NCBI GenBank assembly: GCA_037969565.1
Contig: JBBKXQ010000049.1
Span: 6,495-70,494 of the forward strand
Origin: Acidimicrobiales bacterium
GTDB taxonomy: Bacteria; Actinomycetota; Acidimicrobiia; Acidimicrobiales; SZUA-35
DNA: 64,000 nucleotides
Direction: 5' to 3'
Part shown: piece by piece, positions 58,561-64,000 of the stretch
Layout of the letters: each line of letters opens with the position of its first letter
How positions within the stretch are numbered: the stretch's first letter is position 1
Notes under the pieces: model-generated
The model's database searches: none
Seen by the model: only the letters and a program-made list of their open reading frames with translations
Told to the model about the DNA's origin: nothing
Made by a program: the position numbers and the translations under genes

Positions 58561-61500
58561 GCCCGAACGCTCCTGGGAGTCGCTTCCGATCTGGGAGCGA
58601 CGGGATGAGCTGATGGAGGTCATCGCCGCCAATCAGGTGGTGATCGTCGCCGGCGAAACCGGTTCGGGGAAGAGCACACAGCTCCCGAAATTCTGTCTTG
58701 CTCTCGGTCTCGGTGAGTCCGGCCGAATCGGCCACACCCAACCCCGTCGAATTGCGGCCCGGTCCATTGCCGAGCGCGTAGCCGAAGAACTCGGCACCTC
58801 AGTTGGTGAACTGGTCGGCTACTCCGTCCGCTTCAACGACGAGGTCGGCCCGAACACCAAGATCAAGCTCATGACCGATGGCATCCTCTTGGCCGAGATC
58901 CAGCGCGACCGGAAGCTGAGCAAGTACTCGGTGCTGATCATCGACGAGGCCCACGAGCGATCGTTGAACGTCGACTTCCTCCTGGGCTATCTCAAACAAC
59001 TGCTGCCCCGCCGCCCCGACCTCAAGGTGATCGTCACGTCGGCCACGATCGACACGGCTCGCTTCTCCGAACACTTCGACGGGGCACCCATCATCGAAGT
59101 CTCGGGCCGGAGCTTCCCGGTCGAGATCGGCTATCGCCCCCTCGACGACCGCACCTTGCCCGAAGCAATCGTTGATGCCGCCTCCGAACTGTGGCGCTCC
59201 ACCACCGGCGACGTGCTCGTGTTCTGCAGCGGCGAGCGCGACATCCGCGATGCCGCCGAGGCCCTCGGTCGAGCCGATCTGCCCGGGGCCGAGGTGTTTC
59301 CGCTCTACGCCCGACTCTCGTCGAATGAGCAGCAACGAGTGTTCCGGGCGCATCGAGACCGCCGGATCGTGCTGGCCACCAACGTGGCCGAAACGTCGCT
59401 CACCGTTCCCGGCATCCGCTCGGTCGTCGATCCCGGACTCGCCCGTATTTCCCGCTACAGCGCCCGAACGAAGGTGCAGCGACTGCCGATCGAGGAGATC
59501 TCACAAGCGTCGGCCGACCAACGGGCCGGTCGTTGTGGACGTGTGGCCCCCGGGGTCTGTCTGCGTCTCTACGAAGAAGACGACTTCCTGCAACGGGATG
59601 AATTCACCGAACCCGAGATCCGACGAACGAACCTTGCTTCGGTGATTCTCCAGATGGCTGCTCTCGACCTGGGCGACATCGAGGCGTTTCCCTTCGTCGA
59701 AGCTCCGGATCTGCGCAACATCCGCGACGGGATCGCCCTGCTCGAGGAACTCGACGCCGTCGACCCCGAATACCAATCGACGAAGCGATGGCTGACACCC
59801 GACGGCAAGCAGTTGGCCCGCCTTCCGGTCGACCCCCGACTGGGTCGCATGGTGATCGAAGCCAATCGGCTGCGCTGCTTGCACGAAGTCATGGTGATCG
59901 CCGCCGGTCTCTCGGTGCAGGACCCACGGGAGCGACCGAGCGACAAGCGAGAGGCCGCGGCCGAGTCGCACGCCCGCTTCGACCACCCCACGTCAGATTT
60001 CCTCAGCTATCTCGAGCTCTGGGAGTACCTCGAAACCCAGCGACGTGAACGTAGCGGCAACCAGTTCCGGCGAATGTGTCGTAACGAGTTCCTCAACTTC
60101 AACCGAATTCGGGAGTGGCAGGACATCTATCGGCAACTTCGCAGAGTGGCTCAGCAGTTGGGCTTCGACCATCGGCACGAACCCGCCGACACCGACGACG
60201 TTCATCAGGCGCTACTCGCCGGACTGCTGTCCCAATTCGGTCAGAAGCTGCCAGCTCCGAAAAGGGTGAAAGGCCGGGCGAACCGACCCACCTACGCCGG
60301 CCCGAGGAACATGCGTTTCACGCTGGCTCCGGGCAGCAAGGCGGCGAAGGCCGCCCCCGAATGGGTGATGGCCGCCGAGCTGGTCGAGACCAACCAGCTC
60401 CGGGCCCGAACGATCACGAGGATTGATTCCCGCTGGCTCGAGCGGATGGCCGAACACTTGGTCGACCGGACGTACACGGCGGCAATTTGGAATGCCGAGC
60501 GGGGGGCGGCGTCGGCCACCGAACGGGTGCTTCTCTACGGCATGCCCATCGTGGCCGGGCGGCCCATGACGCTGGCCCGTGTGAATCCCGAATTGGCTCG
60601 CGAGTTCCTGATTCAGAACGCTCTCGTGGTTCCCGAGTGGTCCGAGCACCAATCGCCCTCGATTCAACAATTCCGGCGCCATGAGTTCCTGGTCCACAAC
60701 GAATCGCTTGTTGATGAACTACGGAAACTCGAGTCCCGGTCTCGGCAGCGTGATCTCGTGGTCGACGATGCGGTGATCTTCGCGTTCTACGACAAACGAA
60801 TCCCAGCTCAGGTGACGTCGGTCAAACACTTCAACTCATGGTGGAAGAAGGCAATCCAGAGCGAGCCCCACCTGCTCGATCTCACGAGAGATCATCTGCT
60901 GCGTGTCGGCGACGCCATCGACATTTCGGCCTTTCCCGACCACTGGTCGCTTGGCGAACTCGACCTCGATCTCCACTACGAGTTCGACTCGTCCAGCCCG
61001 GTCGACGGGTTGACGGTCGACGTGCCGGTCGAGTACCTGGCCATGTTGCATCCCGAGCCGTTCACCTGGAACGTGCCGGGTTTGCGACGAGAGTTGATCG
61101 CAGCCCACATTCGCTCGCTCCCGAAGGACCAGCGGAGGGCGTTCATCCCCGTGCCCGAGACGGCTCGATCCGTAGCCGACGAGCTCCTGCCCAGCGATGA
61201 GTCGCTGGCTGCCACGCTACGCACTCACCTCGGTCGGCTCGGGGGATTCGTCCTCGCCGACGATGCCCTGGCCGACGACAACGTCCCGGCCCACTTGCGG
61301 CCGACCTTCCGCGTCATCGGGGTCGACGGCGTCATGCTGGCGGCCGGAAAAGATTTGCGGCGACTGAAGGCCAGGCTCGATGCCAGGGCGAGACAAACAC
61401 TGGCGGCGACGAAACACCACCTCGAACGCTCCGGACTCCGAGACTGGCCCGACCTTCCCGACGGCCGCCTACCCGATCGAATCGAACGAGTCGAGGACGG

Positions 61501-62284
61501 TCACCGAGTTTGGGCGTATCCGGCGCTCATCGACGATGTATCGAGTGTCTCGATCGCGCTACTGCCGACGCGAGTCGAGCAGGCCGAGGCGATGTGGCAC
61601 GGCGTGGCACGTCTACTCGAGTTCAAGTGCTCGATCCAACGCCGTGCCATTGTCGGCCAACTCGGCAATCGTGGTGCGCTTGCGTTGGCCGCCGGTCCGT
61701 ACCCATCGGTCGACGCTTGGGTGGCCGACGTTGCGGGCGCGATCCTCGACGAGATCATCCGAACCGCGGGCGGGCCTCCTCGTGATGTGCTGCGATTCAA
61801 GGCCCTGGAGAAGTGGGCCGGCCGGACGATGCCCGAGCTCGTTCCTCGAGTGGCGGAGAAGGCGGTGGCCATCGTGAAGAAGGGTCAGGTGGTGCGATCC
61901 GAGTTGTCCGAGGCTGTCAACCCGGCAACGGCGGCTTCGATCGCGGATGCGCAGCTCCATCTCGAACGCCTCGACCACGAGGGTTCGATTCGAGAGGCGG
62001 GTGCGGCCCGACTGGACGATCTTCTTCGGTATCTTTCGGCGCTCGAAAAGCGGCTCGAGCGGATGGTCCAAGATCCCGGCCGAGATGCTGCCGCGATGCA
62101 CCGTTGCCGAGTTCTCGAGCAGGAGTTCGCCCAAGCCCGGATCCGTGCGGGTTCGATGGAACAGGTCGCCGAGGTGGCAAACATGCTCGAAGAGTTCCGA
62201 GTCAGCGTTTTCGCACAGTCGATGGGAACGAATGGACCGGTGAGCGAGAAGCGGATTCGGCGAGCGCTCGCTGCGTTGGCCTGA
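58544..62284 (+). CDS. hrpA: ATP-dependent RNA helicase HrpA
   Basis: GETGSGKSTQLPK, TQPRRIAA, DEAHERS, SATID, QRAGRCGR, LEEFRVSVFAQ. Confidence 0.95.
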   Translation: MSRSPEPERSWESLPIWERRDELMEVIAANQVVIVAGETGSGKSTQLPKFCLALGLGESGRIGHTQPRRIAARSIAERVAEELGTSVGELVGYSVRFNDEVGPNTKIKLMTDGILLAEIQRDRKLSKYSVLIIDEAHERSLNVDFLLGYLKQLLPRRPDLKVIVTSATIDTARFSEHFDGAPIIEVSGRSFPVEIGYRPLDDRTLPEAIVDAASELWRSTTGDVLVFCSGERDIRDAAEALGRADLPGAEVFPLYARLSSNEQQRVFRAHRDRRIVLATNVAETSLTVPGIRSVVDPGLARISRYSARTKVQRLPIEEISQASADQRAGRCGRVAPGVCLRLYEEDDFLQRDEFTEPEIRRTNLASVILQMAALDLGDIEAFPFVEAPDLRNIRDGIALLEELDAVDPEYQSTKRWLTPDGKQLARLPVDPRLGRMVIEANRLRCLHEVMVIAAGLSVQDPRERPSDKREAAAESHARFDHPTSDFLSYLELWEYLETQRRERSGNQFRRMCRNEFLNFNRIREWQDIYRQLRRVAQQLGFDHRHEPADTDDVHQALLAGLLSQFGQKLPAPKRVKGRANRPTYAGPRNMRFTLAPGSKAAKAAPEWVMAAELVETNQLRARTITRIDSRWLERMAEHLVDRTYTAAIWNAERGAASATERVLLYGMPIVAGRPMTLARVNPELAREFLIQNALVVPEWSEHQSPSIQQFRRHEFLVHNESLVDELRKLESRSRQRDLVVDDAVIFAFYDKRIPAQVTSVKHFNSWWKKAIQSEPHLLDLTRDHLLRVGDAIDISAFPDHWSLGELDLDLHYEFDSSSPVDGLTVDVPVEYLAMLHPEPFTWNVPGLRRELIAAHIRSLPKDQRRAFIPVPETARSVADELLPSDESLAATLRTHLGRLGGFVLADDALADDNVPAHLRPTFRVIGVDGVMLAAGKDLRRLKARLDARARQTLAATKHHLERSGLRDWPDLPDGRLPDRIERVEDGHRVWAYPALIDDVSSVSIALLPTRVEQAEAMWHGVARLLEFKCSIQRRAIVGQLGNRGALALAAGPYPSVDAWVADVAGAILDEIIRTAGGPPRDVLRFKALEKWAGRTMPELVPRVAEKAVAIVKKGQVVRSELSEAVNPATAASIADAQLHLERLDHEGSIREAGAARLDDLLRYLSALEKRLERMVQDPGRDAAAMHRCRVLEQEFAQARIRAGSMEQVAEVANMLEEFRVSVFAQSMGTNGPVSEKRIRRALAALA

Positions 62285-62321
62285 ACCTGACGGGAAGTCG
62301 AGGCTGTGCTAGCGAGAGGTC

Positions 62322-63134
62322 ATGCAACCTCCTCGCGCCACGGTCGCCGACGTCAAACGAGATCTTCTCGAAGAACAACAGGCTCTGGATCGAATCGTTT
62401 CCGCTATCGGCGAGGCTGATTGGGAGCTCCCCACATCGAGTCCGCGGTGGGCGGTCCGAGACCAGATCGGTCACTTGGCCTACTTCGACGCGACGGCGGC
62501 ACTCGCAATCGTCGATCCCGAGAAGTTTGCAGCTCACCGCGCCGAACTGTTCGGGGCCGCTTCGGATCCTGATGCCGAACCACGAGACCTCGACGAAACC
62601 CTGGCGGACTATCGGGCCATGAGACCGGACCGCCTTCTCGAAGTGTGGAGGAACAACCGCCACGACCTCGACATCGCTGCGGCCGGCTTGGGTGAATCGG
62701 ACCGAGTCGAGTGGTACGGACCGTCGATGGGTTCGAAGTCCTTCTTGACGGCGCGCCTCATGGAGGCTTGGGCTCACGGACAGGATATTGCCGACACCGT
62801 CGGCGCCAAGCGGGAGCCGACGGATCGCCTCCTGCACATCGCACAATTGGGCGTGATCACCAGGGGCTGGTCCTACTTGGTGCGGGGTGAACAACCGCCG
62901 ACGGGTGACGTCGCCGTCTCGCTCCGATCCCCGAGCGGCGTGGATTGGACCTGGGGCGACGGATCGGACGACTCGGTTCGCGGCCCGGCCGAGGATTTTT
63001 GTCTCGTGGTCACGCAACGACGTCATCTCGACGACACGGCACTGGAAGTCGACGGTGCCCTCGCTCGCGACTGGATGAGCCGGGCGCAGGCCTTTGCCGG
63101 CGGCCCCACCTCGGGGCCCGATCCGATCGGTTGA
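62322..63134 (+). CDS. TIGR03084-type mycothiol-dependent maleylpyruvate isomerase-like metal-binding protein
   Basis: W.VRDQIGHLAYFD, WYGPSM, TARLMEAWAHGQD, FCLVVTQRRH, AQAFAG. Confidence 0.85.
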   Translation: MQPPRATVADVKRDLLEEQQALDRIVSAIGEADWELPTSSPRWAVRDQIGHLAYFDATAALAIVDPEKFAAHRAELFGAASDPDAEPRDLDETLADYRAMRPDRLLEVWRNNRHDLDIAAAGLGESDRVEWYGPSMGSKSFLTARLMEAWAHGQDIADTVGAKREPTDRLLHIAQLGVITRGWSYLVRGEQPPTGDVAVSLRSPSGVDWTWGDGSDDSVRGPAEDFCLVVTQRRHLDDTALEVDGALARDWMSRAQAFAGGPTSGPDPIG

Positions 63135-63138
63135 CTGT

Positions 63139-63196
63139 CACACCGGGACTCGACACACCCGGACTCGACACACCCGGACTCGACACACCAGGACTC
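63139..63196. repeat. 15-bp tandem repeat CACACCNGGACTCGA x4
   Basis: Units at 63139, 63154, 63169, 63184; 4 bp after stop codon. Confidence 0.9.
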
Positions 63197-63199
63197 CGT

Positions 63200-63344
63200 A
63201 GACGCGACACTGCTGCTGGTTCAACCCTCCCGGAGCACCAGCAGCAGCGTTTGTCGCTCTCCCCCGCCGCCCAAGTAGCTACTCGAGCCGGGAGAACTCC
63301 TACTCACGAAGGTAGGAGTGGCTCGTAAACGAGTCGTTAACGAC
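63200..63344. ncRNA. Candidate structured RNA (unassigned)
   Basis: Long hairpin GCGACA-CTGCTGCTGGT/ACCAGCAGCAG-TGTCGC, second hairpin CGAGCC-ACTCCTAC/GTAGGAGT-GGCTCG, further short palindromes. Confidence 0.35.
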
Positions 63345-63405
63345 CCAACCGATCGACGCTGAACCATCCCCGGCCGGCGTTGACGGTGCCGACTACGGTC
63401 ACCCC

Positions 63406-64000
63406 ATGGGGTGGCAACCGAGGCTTGACACAAGAGAGATATCCCGGGATCGTGTTGACGCGATCTCCTTCACACCGATGTCGCAGCGCCTGCGGAACGA
63501 GCTGATCACACAGGCCTATGGCGATATCGCGGAGTCGATGGCCACGGTGCTCGGTCACGAGAATGCCACCTGGTGCTCGATCGGCCAATGGGCGTCGAGT
63601 TCCATCGGCGACTACCTCGATCTGCCGGTGCCGCGACTGGGGAAACTCATCACCCGTGCCTTCGGCGACGGAAACCGCGACGTGTTCGCCGACATCGGCC
63701 GAGCCCATGTCACCTTCCTCGAAACGGTCGGCTATGCCGCTCTGCATGACGCCGACCTCGACGAGGCCTGGGCCCGTTGCGAAGCCGAGCTCAGGGTCGA
63801 TCTGCCCGCCCCTCCGAGTCAGCCCCTACCCGCGGCCCACACCACGAGCGGCGTCTTGCTCGACGGGCGCTTGAAGGTGCCAGGGCTGCATCGTCGTGAA
63901 CTCTTGATCCGAGCATTCCTGGCCTACCGAGAGGCGCTGGTCGAGCCGGAGGAAGACATCAAGGCGCGGCTCATCCTGCTTGGCAACTCACTTCTCGCTC
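63406..64000 (+). CDS. Hypothetical protein, DUF2515-like; runs off window end
   Basis: Manual translation ..RNELITQAYGDIA..NATWCSIGQWASSSIG..GNRDVFADIG; TACGGT 6 nt before ATG; absent from the ORF track because it has no stop in the window. Confidence 0.7.
   Translation, partial: MGWQPRLDTREISRDRVDAISFTPMSQRLRNELITQAYGDIAESMATVLGHENATWCSIGQWASSSIGDYLDLPVPRLGKLITRAFGDGNRDVFADIGRAHVTFLETVGYAALHDADLDEAWARCEAELRVDLPAPPSQPLPAAHTTSGVLLDGRLKVPGLHRRELLIRAFLAYREALVEPEEDIKARLILLGNSLLA

Noticed and set aside
63139-63196. CRISPR or iteron array
   Set aside because: No spacers and no rep or cas gene; simple 15-bp tandem repeat
63200-63344. 6C RNA, Ms1, tRNA or a known riboswitch
   Set aside because: No twin six-C loops, cloverleaf or recognisable aptamer consensus; left as an unassigned candidate

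Overview
GC-rich chromosomal segment. Gene content (conservon, DUF742, TIGR03084-type protein, Acidimicrobiia-style DUF4214 proteins, pervasive leaderless genes) points to an actinobacterium, probably Acidimicrobiia (inference). About 55 tightly packed CDSs; I see no tRNA/rRNA, transposase, integrase or CRISPR array. Core content: conservon (cvnABCD) with a divergent DUF4388 gene, gltBD, M18 aminopeptidase, membrane pyrophosphatase, trkAH, SNF2 and HrpA helicases, pncA/pncB, a DUF1800/DUF1501 pair and lipid catabolism enzymes. Most notable: (1) a selenoprotein (Rdx/SelW, CxxU plus SECIS-like hairpin) that the ORF track truncates; (2) a peptidase-S51/cyanophycinase-like hydrolase fused to a CysRS-type tRNA anticodon-binding tail, translationally coupled to psuG and an acyltransferase; (3) a conservon lacking an extracellular sensor, with a DUF4388 neighbour; (4) a Glu/Leu dehydrogenase homologue lacking both catalytic lysines; (5) a MerR module with twin operators and a frameshifted flavoprotein reductase; (6) a highly structured intergenic element near 63.2 kb; (7) unrelated short tandem repeats that repeatedly start at gene ends. 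All family calls come from motif recognition by eye, with no database searches.
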